This document shows, piece by piece, positions 27,230 to 40,450 of a stretch of DNA of 64,000 bases. The translations under genes were made by a program, and so were the position numbers. Origin of the DNA: the human T2T-CHM13v2.0 reference genome, Homo sapiens; assembly GCF_009914755.1 (NCBI RefSeq), contig NC_060925.1; one strand, written 5' to 3'. The notes beneath the pieces are model-generated. The model searched no databases and was not told where the DNA came from. It saw only the letters and a program-made list of their open reading frames with translations. How positions within the stretch are numbered: position 1 is the first letter of the stretch; the number at the start of each line of letters is the position of its first letter.

Positions 27230-29170
27230 CCTGGTAATAAAAATATTTCAGCCTCACCAATAAACATATAAAAACGGTGTTCAACCTCTCATTATTCATC
27301 AGAGAAATGCAAATGAAAACCTCAAAGAGATACCACAACACACCGACTGGAGGGGATAAAAGTAAGAAGACAGAATCACAGTGTGGGTGAGGTTGTGGGA
27401 GTGCAAATTGGTACAACCACTTTGGAAAACTCTTTGACGGTCATGACTAAAGTAGAATGTATACACAGCCAATGACTGAACAATTCCTCTCCTAGGCATC
27501 TGCCCCGCATACGGTCACCAAAACTCAAACATTAGAATGTTCATTCTAGCTCTCATCAGGCATCCTTGTGAAAGTGGCATCACCTTTAAACCCTGCATGG
27601 CAACCCCTGACACACTGCCAGGCTGCCCAGGGAATACAGGGCAACCTGGAAGTCCAACTACTTCCTTCAGATCATCCAATTTTTCAATCATTATCTGAAA
27701 TGTTTCATTGTAGAAGCAGCAATGTGGGCTCCAAGTAGATGCAGCAGATCCACATGTCCCTCTGAGGGAAAGCCATGGTGCCAATGGGCAAGAACACCAT
27801 GATGTGCAAGGCCATCCAAGGGCACCTGGAAAACAACCCAGCTCTGGAAAAACTGTTGCCTCATATCCAGGGAAATGTGGGCTTTGCGTTCACCAAGGAA
27901 GACCTCACTAAGTTCAGGGACATGCTGCTGAATAGTAAGGTGCCAGCTGCCACCCATGCTGGTGCCATTGCCCCATGTGAAGTCACTGTCCCAGGCCAGA
28001 ACACCGGTCTGGAGCCTAAGAAGACCTCCTTTTTCCAGGCTTTAAGCATCACCACTGAAATCCTGAGTGATGTGCAGCTGATCAAGACTGGTGACAAAGT
28101 GGGAGCCAGTGAAGCCACACTGCTGAACATGCTGAATGAACATCTCTCCCTTCTCCTTTGGGATGATTATCCAGCAGCTGTTTGACAGTAGCAGTATCTA
28201 CAACCCTGAAGTGCTTGACATCACATAGGAAACTGCATTCTCACCTCCTGGAGGGTGTCCGCAATGTTGCCAGTGTTTGCCTGCAGATTGGTTACCCAAC
28301 TGTTGCATCAGTACCTCATTCTACCATCAATGGGTACAAGCAAGTCCTGGCTTTGTCTGTGGAAACTGATTGCACCTTCCCACTTGCTGAAAAGGTCAAG
28401 GCCTTCTTGGCCGATCCATCTGCCTTTGTGGCTGCTGCCCCTGGGGCCACTGCCACCACTGCTGCTCCTGCTGCAGCTCCAGCCAAGGCTGAAGCCAAGA
28501 AGAGTTGGAGGAGTTGGATGAGAATATGGGATTTGGCCTATTTGACTAATCACCAAAAGGCAACCAACTCAGCCAGCTTTATTTGCAAAACAAAGAAATG
28601 AAGGCTTACTTCTTTCAAAAAAAAATGTTTATTCTAGTGTTATTCATAATATCCAAGTATCAGAAAGAATACAAATACCCATCAATGAATAAATAAACGG
28701 TGGTATATTCAGACAATGGAATTCCATACAGCAATGTATACAAATGATCTACAGCTACACACAGCAATAAGGATGAATCTCACAAACATAAAGTAAGTGG
28801 CCAAAAAAAAGACACATAAAAAAGCATTAGGATGAAACATATGAAATTGCCATTTATGGAGGTCAAAAACTGTTCATAGGGTTCAACATAAAACACGCTG
28901 TATAGTTCCATTTATATCATTTATGTACAGTACAAAAGCTGGCCAAATAAATCTCTGTTGTAGACAGTAAGAACGTGGTTGTGTGTGTGTTGGTTGTAGT
29001 AGCGTGGTCATTGGATGGGAGAAGAAGGAAGGTTTCTGTGTTGCTGGTAACATTCTATTTTTTTATCTGGGGGCTGCTTATCTGGTTGTGTTCAGTTTGT
29101 GAAAATTCATTGAGGTGGACATTTACAATATATGCACTTTTCTGAATGCATATTTTAATAAAGAGTTGAA
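27230..29170 (+). mobile_element. Old L1M (ORF2 end/3'UTR) relic hosting the RPLP0 retrocopy
   Basis: L1 ORF2 motifs (tcatcagagaaatgcaaatgaaaacc, ggtacaaccactttggaaaac, caattcctctcctagg) resume after 28637 (aaatacccatcaatgaataaataaacggtggtatattc). Confidence 0.75.
27550..28621 (+). pseudogene. RPLP0P4: Processed pseudogene of ribosomal protein lateral stalk P0 (RPLP0)
   Basis: Intronless RPLP0 homology from the 5'UTR (ctctc..cagg..cttt aaaccctgc) through [31 protein letters not shown] and [24 protein letters not shown] to FD-stop (28547-28549). Start ATG changed to CTG (27623), frameshifts/stops present, short A-tail, TSD AGAATGTTCATTCTAG (27534-27549) / AAAATGTTTATTCTAG (28622-28637). The pseudogene number is from memory of the locus and is less certain than the RPLP0 assignment. 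Confidence 0.93.
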
Positions 29171-30069
29171 AGTTCTATTGGGGTTCATCATATAATACAT
29201 ACATATTATTTAGAAGCAATAGATATGTACTGTCATTCTAACATCATGAAAGTTAAAAGACAAACACAAAATACAGACAATTTTAAAAGAAAAGATAAAA
29301 ATACATAAAGAAAAAATTCAAATTTTTTCTTTCTGCTCCCAATGAATAGTTTTATGCACCCTCAGTGAACAATCAGCTCTTCTGGAGATTTTTTATAATG
29401 AAGTCCTGGATTACGTAAATGCTGCATGATCTTTGGCAAATCTCCCAGCCTCAGTTTCTGCATCTGTAAAATTGCACTGATGATCACCCACCCATCCTAG
29501 ATGGCTGTCCTCAGGATCGAATGAGGTATTTGTGGAAGTATTTAGTAATTTGTAAAATGTGAAGGGTTAATATGATTATTACTATTAGCAGATAGTTACT
29601 ATTAACATAGATTTACATGATAGTGAAGCCAATTCTATAGTAAATAGTTTGGATTTCATTAAAAGTAGCTAGAGATTTCAAGAGGAGTGTTCCCCATCAC
29701 TAGGATGGCAAAACTATCTGCCAAAGGTATTGTAGAGTGATTCCTGCACCAGGAAGAGAGTGGAAATAATAATATTAAAAGTGATAATAATGGTGAATAC
29801 TATGTGGCAGATATTTTCTAAGCACTTTATGTATATTAGCTGCTATTATAACCGTTATAACAAGCAAAAGAAGGAGGTCATATTAATATGACTATTTTAT
29901 AGACAAAAAACTAAGGCTCAAAGAAATTAACCTACGCGAGATCTCAGAGATAACAATTGAGATAGCCTAGTTTAGATGCTCTTCACATTACCCTCCAAAG
30001 CTGATGCGAGCATTCAAAATCTATTCCCATTCGGCAAAGTTCAGTCTAATATCAAGGCAAACTTCCTTT

Positions 30070-31200
30070 CATTAATCTATTACTCAGCAAGTATTTTTGA
30101 GCCCCTATTACATGCCAAGCTCTATACTGGGTATTGGGTATGCAATGATAAATAAGCAAACACAGTCCCTGCACTCAGAGCATATGAGCTAGTAAAAGAG
30201 GCAATCAATATAAGAAATACACAAAAATAAATACATAATTCTAAATTTTGTTACATTCAACAAAAGAAAGTTCTAGGTTATATAAAATAATGAATTGGAG
30301 AACCTAATTTAGATTAGAGATCAGGAAAATCTTCCATGAGAAAATAAAATTTAATCTGAAACTGGAGATATAGCAGGAGTTGTCCAGGTGACAAAAAGAA
30401 AAAAATTATAGTGAAAACAAAAGATGGTTCTGATATAGGAAAAGCCTGATTGTTGTCTCAGACACAAAGATAGAGAGTGAGAGGGACTGTGTCCCCAGAC
30501 AGGGACAGGAGGTGTGTGGGCAGGAGCAGACCCCACAAGCCTCTGAGACCACGTGACAGGTTTTGACTTTTGCCCTAAGAGTGAAGCATTAAAGATTTTT
30601 AAGCAGAGAGTGACAAGATTCAATTTGCAGATTGTAAATATTGCTCTAGTTAAAGTGTGGAGAATGGATTAGAGGAAGCAAGCAAGAGGTGAAGCGGGAG
30701 CCACTGGGGACACCATGGCTATAGCCAAGTCTCTGTGCAGCAGCAGCCACCATTTCCAGAAGCAGCTGGGAAAGACTGAAGGAGGAACAGGTTTGGGTGC
30801 AGTCCAGGTAAGAAGACCAGGGGCTCAGTTTTGAACCTGTCAATTTTGAGACGCATACAGAATAACCAAGCAGAGATACAAAGTAAGCACTTACATCTAT
30901 GAGTCGGGAGCGCGGGAAAAATTCAGGAATGGAGATCTACACTTGGGAGCCATCATCGTAGGGGTAGCATTCTAGCTTTGGGGTGTATAGATCATCCAGT
31001 GACAGAATATAGATTAAGAAAAGAAGGGAACTTAAGACCATGCCCTGAGAAACCTCAACAGCTAAAGGTTGAGAAGAGAGAGAGCCCTTGGCAAAAGATT
31101 AAGAAGGAGTCAATGATTTAAGAGAAAAGTCAGGAAGGAGAGAGTGTGCAAAATGCTGAATGCCACTGAGGATCAGGAAGTGCCCACACTGAGTGACAAC
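30070..31200 (-). mobile_element. L2 relic
   Basis: cagcaagtatttttgagcccctattacatgccaagc start; L2 body motifs (aagcattaaagatttttaagcagagagtgac, ggagatctacacttgggagccatc). Confidence 0.75.
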
Positions 31201-31822
31201 ATGGAGAGCAGGCATGGGGGTGGGAGGGTCCAGCCAGGCTGGTCACCCAGGGATTGCTCAAATACTGGAACCTCTTCCCACTCACTTCTCTTCTTCTAAG
31301 GCACAGTGGTTTGCCATTAGATCCTGGTACATGGGAATAAGTGAGTGAATGAATGATAAATGATCTGAGGACCCAAAAGGTTTAACAGCTTGACCAAGAT
31401 TATCCGGCCAGTAAGTATCAATGCCAGAGCTGAAACCCAGCTCATCTGATTCCAATGCCCATATTCTTGGTTTAAAAATACAAGCTTTAACCCAGGGGAA
31501 ATACCTTTGATGACACACTCTCTGTCATGTTTAATATCATACTTTAAGGACTATTATACTTATCTCTAAAACTGAATCTATGGCTTAGGAGTTCATCAAA
31601 AACTAGGGTAGGGAGTGAGAGGCATCCCCTAAGGTCGCCTATCCAGGGGATAATGCATGAAGGAATAACCTTTACACTAAATGAATGTATAGTTTGGGTT
31701 ACATCCTTGAGACCCTGTCTCAACTGACGAGCATGTGAGAGTCTGGCCACTCGCCCTGTAGGGCCAGCTCAGAGGGGAGCTTGGTGTTCTGGAGTTGTCG
31801 GTCAGGGGTGATGGTGGTGACT

Positions 31823-32517
31823 GTGGTATCGTGGGGGCCACCACCGCCATTCATGGTTGAAAGAAAAGAGGTGGTCAGCTGGCAGGGCCTTCTCAACTCA
31901 ACCTCCCTCATCACCCGGTTCCCAAGCCAGCCTCATAACCAGTCCTCCCTCCTTTAGAAGCCGCTGGGGACCCCTTTTCTCTTCTCTTCCCAACAGCACC
32001 ACCTGCTGGCCATAGAGGCACTTGGCCTTCTACTAATCACACCCAGTCTGGCCTGAGTTGGAGATGGCCGCACACACTCGGGTCCAGTCAATGCTCCATG
32101 TGGAGAAGACAAGAATACAGAGATGCAGCATCTAACAGAGTCAGAGGAAGGCTATATGTGCAAGACAGAGTTACATTACTTATAGGGTGGGAGCAACACG
32201 AATAATGGTTCAGGACATAGGCTCAGGAATCAGACTTCTGGAATTCAAATCTAGACTCCACCACTTCTATTGTTCCCTTAAAACAAATTTCTCCTATGTG
32301 AGAGTAAGTGACACAGAATCTCCTATGAGCCAAGCACTGGAGTTACAGCAGCGAACCAGATACACAGAATCCCTGCCTCCCAGAGCTCACATGAGGAGGA
32401 AGACAGACAAAAAGCAACTCAGCAAATGCATAAATAAGAAATTGAAGAAAATGAAACAAAATGACCAGGGAAGAGGGGTGCTCTTTAGCTCGGGTAATGT
32501 GGAAAGGCCGATCTGAG
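31823..32517 (+). repeat. Local direct duplication, copy 2
   Basis: Matches 25541-26316 but lacks the ~70-bp segment at ~25570-25639 and truncates the L2 fragment that continues after copy 1. Confidence 0.95.
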
Positions 32518-33214
32518 GTGAGAGCAACAGAAATGATGGGTTACATGATGGTGGCAATGGCAGCGTGCTGGAGGTGAGAGGAAATCTGAGGGAACATTTT
32601 CTTGAATGTGAATTGACTGACAAAAGTGTCACTGAACACATTACCTTTGATTCCTAAATAGCCAGAATGACAAAGCCTATCTGTAGATTACTCATTGTGT
32701 TCTCATTCATTTATTTTTTCATTCAACAAATCTTTGTTGAGTAGCTACTGTATGCCAAGCTTTCCTTTAGGTGCTGGAGATGTAGCAGTAAACAGACCAA
32801 AAGTGCTGTTTTTGTGGAGTTTACACTTAGAGGACACCAAAAGCTCATTTATTCATTCACTGAGCTCCTGCTGAGCACCTAATGCCAAGCATGATGCCAG
32901 ACACTGATGGGTCCCAGACCCTAAACAATAGGGCTATCTTGGGGTGGGCACATTGTGGCCAGGGTGAATATGCACCTGCATCTGTTTAGGTTTGTTCACA
33001 AGCATAAACACACACCTGCCTGAGCATGTATCCCATCAAACCTCAGACAACATGTATATACTGTTCAGATGTTTTTCAAAATGCATCGGGAAGACCCCGA
33101 AGGGGTCTCAGTAGAGGCTTTTTATTTGATTCAAAGCTTCAAAAGATTATTCCATCTGCAAAATGTATAAAGGCTGGATGTTGGAGGAAGCATGAAATAG
33201 GGAGAGGAAGGACC

Positions 33215-33835
33215 TGCTACTAGAGTTATGGCTAAAGGTGGTAGATGGCAGCAGTGGAGACAAAGACAAGAGGGTGACGCTAAGTGTTTTGGAGGAATAA
33301 CTAACAGGAGTAGCAGGGGGACTCAATGTGTGGGGTAAAGGAGGAGAAAGAAGGCAGAAATACTCCCAAGTTTATGGCTTAGGCCACTAGGTGGATGCAG
33401 AGAGGTGAGGACTAGGAGATATGTGGGTACATGTCTGAAGCTCAGAGATATCTGGGCCAAAAATGTACATATTTGAGAGCTGTCATCACATAGAAGGTAT
33501 TTAAAGATATGTGAGTGGCTGAGATCACCCAAGGAGAAGAAGAGAGGGCCCTACCGAGCTGAGGACTCCACAAGATCTCAAGGTTGGACAGCGCAGAAGG
33601 AGCCTGTACAGCCAGCTGACAAAGAGCGGTCAGTGAAGGAAGAGAAACTAGGAGGGTGGAGACTGGAAAGACAAGAGAAGACAGGTGTCCAAGAAAGGAA
33701 GGAAAATCAATGGAGTCAACCAATACTAACTGGTCAAGAAATGCAGAGTGGCTGGTGACCTTGATGAGGACAGCCTGAGTGGGGACACAGAGGCCAGAAC
33801 AGAACAGAGTGGACTGAGGAGCAAAGGGAGGTACC
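33215..33835 (-). mobile_element. L2 relic
   Basis: L2 motifs (gtacatatttgagagctgtcatcacatagaaggtatttaaag...gagatcacccaaggaga; ggctggtgaccttgatgag). Confidence 0.7.
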
Positions 33836-36800
33836 AAGCAGGGCGGTCTGTGGGGTTCCTGGATGCAGCTGGATTGGTTTGCTGCTCAAAGAAAATCCCA
33901 GCTCAGACCTACTCTAGGACAGAAGAGGCCTTCATGAAAGATGCCTGGCTGCAGGTGTCCAGGTGTGGGAAGGTGAGTGGGAGGAGGCAGGACTGAGCAG
34001 CACTTCCCCAAACCAGGAGGGAAGCCAACACCGAAGCCCAGGCTTCCATTTATAGAGTTTCCACAAGTGGACCCGGACTACTCCACCCTGTTCACAAAGC
34101 AACCTCGCCTGAACCTTTGACACCAGAGGCTGAGTCAGGCCCAGATGGCAAACACACTTTAAGCCCTAATCAGACTTTGCATGGGTTTACTCAGCCCATG
34201 CCTGCTTCTCTGCCCCTACCATGTCCTCCTAGAAGAGGGAGCACCTCTTCCCCGTCACCCCCCAGAGACTCACCTGCATGAGGTTCACACACTGCACTCT
34301 CTCACACCATATACCACACACACACACACACACACACACATACATACACAAAGTCAGTGTGATGATTCCAGATGCTGGAACCATGCCTCCCCTTGCCCTT
34401 TGCCAAATGCCTGCCATGCTGGCCACAGAGGCAGAAGGAAAATGACAATTCTGCCCTTTTGTAATGCATGCTACTATTTTTGTCCATCACAGGTTCCTCA
34501 ATTTGAGGCCTAAGTGTTCCTAGACTTCATCCGGTGTTGGAGGAAGCCCTTGCTGCCAGGGAAGCCCCAGTGTGAAGACAGGACATAGCAAACCTCAGGG
34601 AGACCCCGGGATGAGGAAGAAGACAGCCCCACCCTCTGGAGCCTGCAGAGGGAATGCAGTGGAGAGACACAGTCCTGGCCTTAAGGTTATCCCCAGTTTG
34701 AGGAGAAAGAAAAGGTCCCTGGCCTCAGAAGATCCCCAGTGCTAATGTCCCCACAAAGTGTGAGGGTCTCCATCGTACGCATCTCTGTCCTCACCCTCTC
34801 CGGACTTGGATTTTTTAAAGATATAGTACAAAATACAAAATGAAAATCACATCCAACTTACTCACCTTTAAAGAGCCCTGATCAAAATATGACAAGTGTG
34901 TTTCTCCAGTCATATGTTGAGTACTCACCTGAAGTCTAACCCAGGCTGGAGTTAAAACATCGACTCTGACACTCCAGTCTTTATATCATCATATCTACCA
35001 CCAACACATCACCCACGTTTACCTTGACCCAGTTTCAAATATGAGAATTTTAGATTCAGAGGCAGAGCAGGGGTCAAGAACTGGCGTAGAGCCAGGCTCC
35101 TCAGAATGTGGCCTGTCCCTGTTCACACGGCCCAGGCAAAGCCTCACCAGGGAACCATGCTCCAGCTCCCTGCCCCACTCCAATCCTGCAGACCCCAGGT
35201 GACATTCCTGAGGCCACACAGCCTGAGTAATGACACAGCTTAGTGGAGCTGACTCATGGAAAGAGTTGCCCCATGTGCATTTGGAGGACAAGGACAGTTG
35301 TGCAAGGTGTTTGTGACAGGCCATGAGGAGGGGCAGGACGTGAGGCAGCAAGAAGGACCAGTTGGTAATTGTCATTACTTCACTAGAATCTCCAGGTGAC
35401 AAATCTACCTCAGTGCCCATAGCCCTAGATGTTGCAAAGCAAAGCAGCACTTCCACCCACGGCCTCAAAGAGCATTAAAGAGTCACTCTGCTTCAGCTCA
35501 TATGAAATCAAACCATCAGTCCATCTGACTGCCCTCTGGATCGCAGCTCTTGGCTAGGTACAAGAGCTGGGGATATGAGGTCTTTTCAGCCCCCTTATCT
35601 GTGAAAGAATGGGATTGCACTAGATGCTCTTTATGGCTTCTTCCACCTATGACATCCAGTGGTTCTAAGCAGGTCTCAACAGGGACCCTGAAGTATGTCA
35701 TACATATGTGACACAAGAGGGGAACCCACTCAGAGCACCCAAGTTCAAGGTCCCAAGAAAGGAAAGCCCAGTCTCCAGCTCCATACTACAGGCTAGTGGC
35801 AAATCCCTGGCACAAAGAATGTTGGCAGTCAAATACAAATGTGAGGATCGTTCATCAAACTGGCATGCTGTGTCCATTCATCTATTCATTCATTTGATAA
35901 GCATTTAATGGGAGCCTTCTATGCCTGCTATGGAGCCAGCTACTAGATATGCAGAAAATAATAGACAAAGCCACTCCCCTCAAGGGCCTCAAAGTCAACT
36001 GGCAGAGGCAGAGGCAGAAAGAGGAAGAAAAAAAAAGCAACATGCTGAAAGAAATACAATGTTGGAGAAATGTCCAGCTTAAAAGGGGCCAGGAGAGGGA
36101 TTGCCAAGGTGAGCGAGGAAACAAATTCACTGAAGACATAGTTGAGCTGTTAACACTTAAAAGAAACTGGACTTGGAACCCCCACCATCAACTTGGACTC
36201 TAATTCATGACATATATGACCTTTGTACTCTCTGTTTCCTGACTTATAAAATGAAAGTACTGAAGTATGTGCCCACAAAGCACAGAGTTCTGAATACTAA
36301 AAAAATTAATATAGTAGCTCCAAGCTTAAGCATGGACTCAAAAACAAAATATAATTCAATCTCTACAGGTCAAAATCAGCCATGGGCTCAAGCACTAAGT
36401 AAGCTCAATCCTTAATGAGTGGCAACATTCAAATCTCAGTACAACTGCAACATTTTAAGCATTTAAGTGTTAGTAAATGTCTTAGAATTTCCTTGATAAT
36501 TATACTAATAATATAATAACACTGTTAGATTAAATGGATTTGTGCCTTCCTGCCATGCGTAGTTGAAAGACAGATGATGTAGCTCTATATCATGATTCAA
36601 AGTCTCAAGGGACTAGGTCCTAGAACCTAATTAGTCAGAGAGTATGGGTCAACAATAATTGATAATTCATGAAAATGGCTACCTTGGGTAATTTCCTCCA
36701 AAATTCAATTGACTCAATAATTCCATGGAGCAAACCTGTACATTGTCCTGGAAAGAGTGGCAATAGAGATTGTAATGGGAAACCATTTGCAGCTAATTCA

Positions 36801-37781
36801 AAACAAAGGAATCCTGAGAGAAACCCTCAGCTCATGATCAGGGGAGCCTTGTACAGAATTTTCTGAAACCAAGCAAATGATTTGCTTTCAGGACAAAATA
36901 ATCTGTTTGTGCTGTGAAGCAGGAGATTGGGGATTCAGCCAAGGACCTCTGTAGGGGACACAGCTGACCCTAAGCTGCTTCCTACAGAAAGCCCAACCCT
37001 ACCTGTGGGTGGAGCAAAGGCCTGGCCCCATTCAGAGGCAGGTAGCTGTCCATCTAGAAGAGCTCACTGGTTTGACTTCTCAATTTTCATACTAGATTAT
37101 CAACCCTGCTACCTATTCATTTGATTTCCAAAGCATATGTAAATACATTCAACAGCATCTTCAAGAGCTTCAGGCATGTATCTGAGAGTGTAACTCTTAA
37201 TCCTCATGGGTCCAGAGCTCATCAGAAGGCTCAACTGAAAGAATAATGACTACCTTAACTAACAGTGTTGATTATTTATGATGTGCCGTCTCATCTAATT
37301 CATACAACAGCTCTCTTCAGCAGGTACAATCATCTCCTCCATCATGAGATTAGGACACCACCCTGAAGAGATGTCAGCGTCAGAGAATTAGAGAAGAGGT
37401 GTAGACAGGATTTGAACCCAGCAGTTTGACTCTAAGCCTTTACTCCTAAACACTGGGAATGGTAGTCTAAGGAAGTCACTATCTATATACTAATCCTTTC
37501 CTCTGAGTTCTATCCATGAGACAAGTTAGACAACTGTAAGACTAAATAGTCAACTGCATTAACCTAGTTGCTCAGAAAATGGTCTTCCTTGGACTGAAAC
37601 TTCATGTGTTGACCTGAGATTTTATGCTAGTATTAATGAAAATTGGCCATGAAAAACTACTTCCACATGTTACCACACTCTTGATGGATACTTGGTATTC
37701 CGTGGCACTCAGTATCTCCTCTGTAAGGTCCTACTGATAGATATTTCTTAGGGAGAAAAAAATAAGATTTTCCCTAGCTAC

Positions 37782-38215
37782 TGTGAAAGGAAAATCCTGG
37801 GGCCCCAAAATTACTAAGCTAAAGGGAGAGGTAAAGCTGAGAACTGCTCAGGGCAAACCTGTCTCCCATTCTATTCAAAATCATCCCTCTGCTCACTGAG
37901 ATAGATGTATATCTGATTGCCTCCTTTGAAAGGCTTATCAGAAACTCAAAAGAATGCAGCCATTTGTCGCTCACCTAACTGTGACCTGGAAGCCCCCTCC
38001 CTGCTTTGAGGTGTCCCTGCCTTTCTGAACCAATGTACTTCTTACATATGTTGATTGATGTCACATGTCTCCCTAAAATGTATAAAACCAAGCTGTGCCC
38101 CAACTACTTTGGACACATGTTGTTGGGACTTTCTGAGGCTGTGTCACGGGCACACGTCCCTGACAAACAAATTTTCTTAATTAACTGAGACCATCTCAGA
38201 TATTCAGGGTTCACA
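37782..38215 (+). mobile_element. ERV1 solo LTR (MER4-family-like)
   Basis: TGTG...CACA termini, 4-bp TSD CTAC on both sides, internal tataaaaccaagctgtgccc. Confidence 0.88.
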
Positions 38216-38219
38216 CTAC

Positions 38220-40450
38220 CATGACCTAAAATCAATGTCTCATCCACTCATAAGAAAAAAATAAGACAAACTCAAATTGAGGGACATTTAAAATACTTGA
38301 CCAGCACTCTTCAAAACAGTCAAGGTTATTGAAAACAAGGAAAGTCTGACAAACTGCCACAGTCTAGAAGAGCCTCAGGAAACGTGACAACAAACATGGT
38401 ATTCTCAATGGAACTCTGGGATCAATAAAGGACATCAGGAGAAAACTAATGAATATGAATAAATTATGGGCATTAGTTAATAACAGTTGGCCCTTCAACA
38501 TCAAGGGGAGTAGGGGCACCAGGCCCCATACCCCTTGTCACAGTTGAAAATTCACATACAACTTTGACTGCCCAAAAACTTAACCACTAATAGCCTACTG
38601 TTGTTCAGAAGCCTTACACATAACATAAATAGGTGATTAACACATACATAGACTAGTATCTACCCATATTTTATGCATTCATGTCATACCTAACATTTTC
38701 TTAATTGTTTAGCTATTTCTACATTACACAGTATGCCTGAGAAGTTTTTCAAATTGTCAAAAATCTCCAAAAAAAATTTCCAATATATTTATTGAAAAAT
38801 ATCCACATAAAAGTGGACCCATGCAGTTCAAACCGACGTTGTTCAAGGGTCAACTGTATATTGATAGATTCATTGGTTGTGACAAATGTACTACAATAGT
38901 ATAAGATATTAACAATACGGAAAACTGTTAAGATATTAACAATAGGGAAAACAACAGGGAAAAAATAGTGTAAGACATTAACAATAGGGAAAAATATGGG
39001 GTACATAGGAGCACTATACCATCTTTTCAACTTTTTAAAAATCTACAGCTCTTCTAAATGTCTGGATTAATGTTTCTACATTTCTAGATAGGAAAGTGTA
39101 AAGGTGGTAAAAATATCAACTTGCCCTAAATTAATTTGTAAAATGAATGCAATTCTAATCAAAATCAGTATTCTTAGAAATGACAAAATTATTCTTGTTT
39201 ATTTATAGACATAATCAGATGATAAAGTATCAAGCCAAGACAATAGTTCTAAAAAAAATAGCAAAAGTGGACTTGTATCACCAGATATTAAACTACTTTA
39301 TAAAGATTTTAAAAATGAAAAATATGAGCATAGGAAAAAATAGAGAGATTAATGGAACAAGGAGACAGCCAAGAAACAAATCAAGAATATATTATTTCAT
39401 ATATAACAATTAATTGATAAATAATTAAATAAAAAGTGGAATAAACTATGTACACTCTAAACTGATTTCGTTTGAATTCAAAAGTTAAATGTAAAAAAAA
39501 TCCTGTAAAAATTAAAAATTGGAAATACATAGATAACTTGATCTCATTTTAGGCTTCTAAGTATTCAAACACAGGCAAGAACAACAAGAAAAAATATTAA
39601 TACAATTTCTATGTCTACAAGTACAAACAGAATTACACAGAACAAGAAAAACTTGGGGAAAAAAACACATTTCAACATACACAACCAGCAAGACTTATGT
39701 TCTTAATATACTAGCGAAGAAATCCGTAAGAAAAAGATGAACAATCTACCAGAAATGGAAAAATCAAGAACAGGAAATTCACAAATGAGTAAATAAATAC
39801 CAATAAAGACATCAAAAAAATCATCACTAGTAATCAAGGAAGTAAAATTAAAGCAACAATTTTGCTTATCAGGTTGGCAAATAATGAAATAATAAAAGGA
39901 ATGATAATACCCAGTGTTGACAAAGGTGTGTGGAAATCAACACATACAATGCTTGTGGGAGTTTAAATTGGGACACTCTTTCAGGACAAGTTGGCAACAA
40001 TAACAGAAATAATAATAACAATAATAGCTAAGAGTTTTGAGTTAACTGTGGGCCAGGTGATGATCCAAGTACTTACCATGTATTAAGGCACACGCACCTC
40101 ATAGCAATTCAATAAAGGAGGTACTGTTAGCCACATTCACTGGAAGAAACCATTGTCCTAAGAAACCCCTCAAGGCCATTCAGCTAGCAGGTGGCAGACT
40201 TGGGATCCAATTCTAAGTGGTCTGAGTCTATGTCTTACATGTGCATAAAACATGATAAGTGTACTGTCATGCTAGGAATTTAGCAAAAGAAAACAGTTGG
40301 CAATGTTTACAAACTTAGGTGTACGAAGACACTTATTGCAATGATTTTATAAAAGCAGGGGGAAAGGCAACAATCTAAATTATCACCAGTAGAGAAGAAA
40401 TTAAATAAATTTATGTTTTCTATATTTTACCAATATTCTAAGTAAGCATG
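38220..40450 (+). mobile_element. Old L1M fragments (3' end and degraded ORF2)
   Basis: caaattgagggacatt...ggtacataggagcact L1MC-like 3' end; A-rich degraded ORF2 39090-40400 (aatgcaattctaatcaaaatc, tcactagtaatcaaggaagtaaaattaaagc). Confidence 0.7.
38484..38856. mobile_element. Tigger2-derived non-autonomous DNA transposon nested in L1M
   Basis: Terminal inverted repeats CAGTTGGCCCTTCAACA ... TGTTCAAGGGTCAACTG, followed by TA. Confidence 0.85.

Noticed and set aside
27775-28601. Two long RPLP0-like ORFs as a functional retrogene
   Set aside because: Lost ATG, early stop and frameshifts, an internal deletion and a frameshifted C-terminus mark it as a processed pseudogene.
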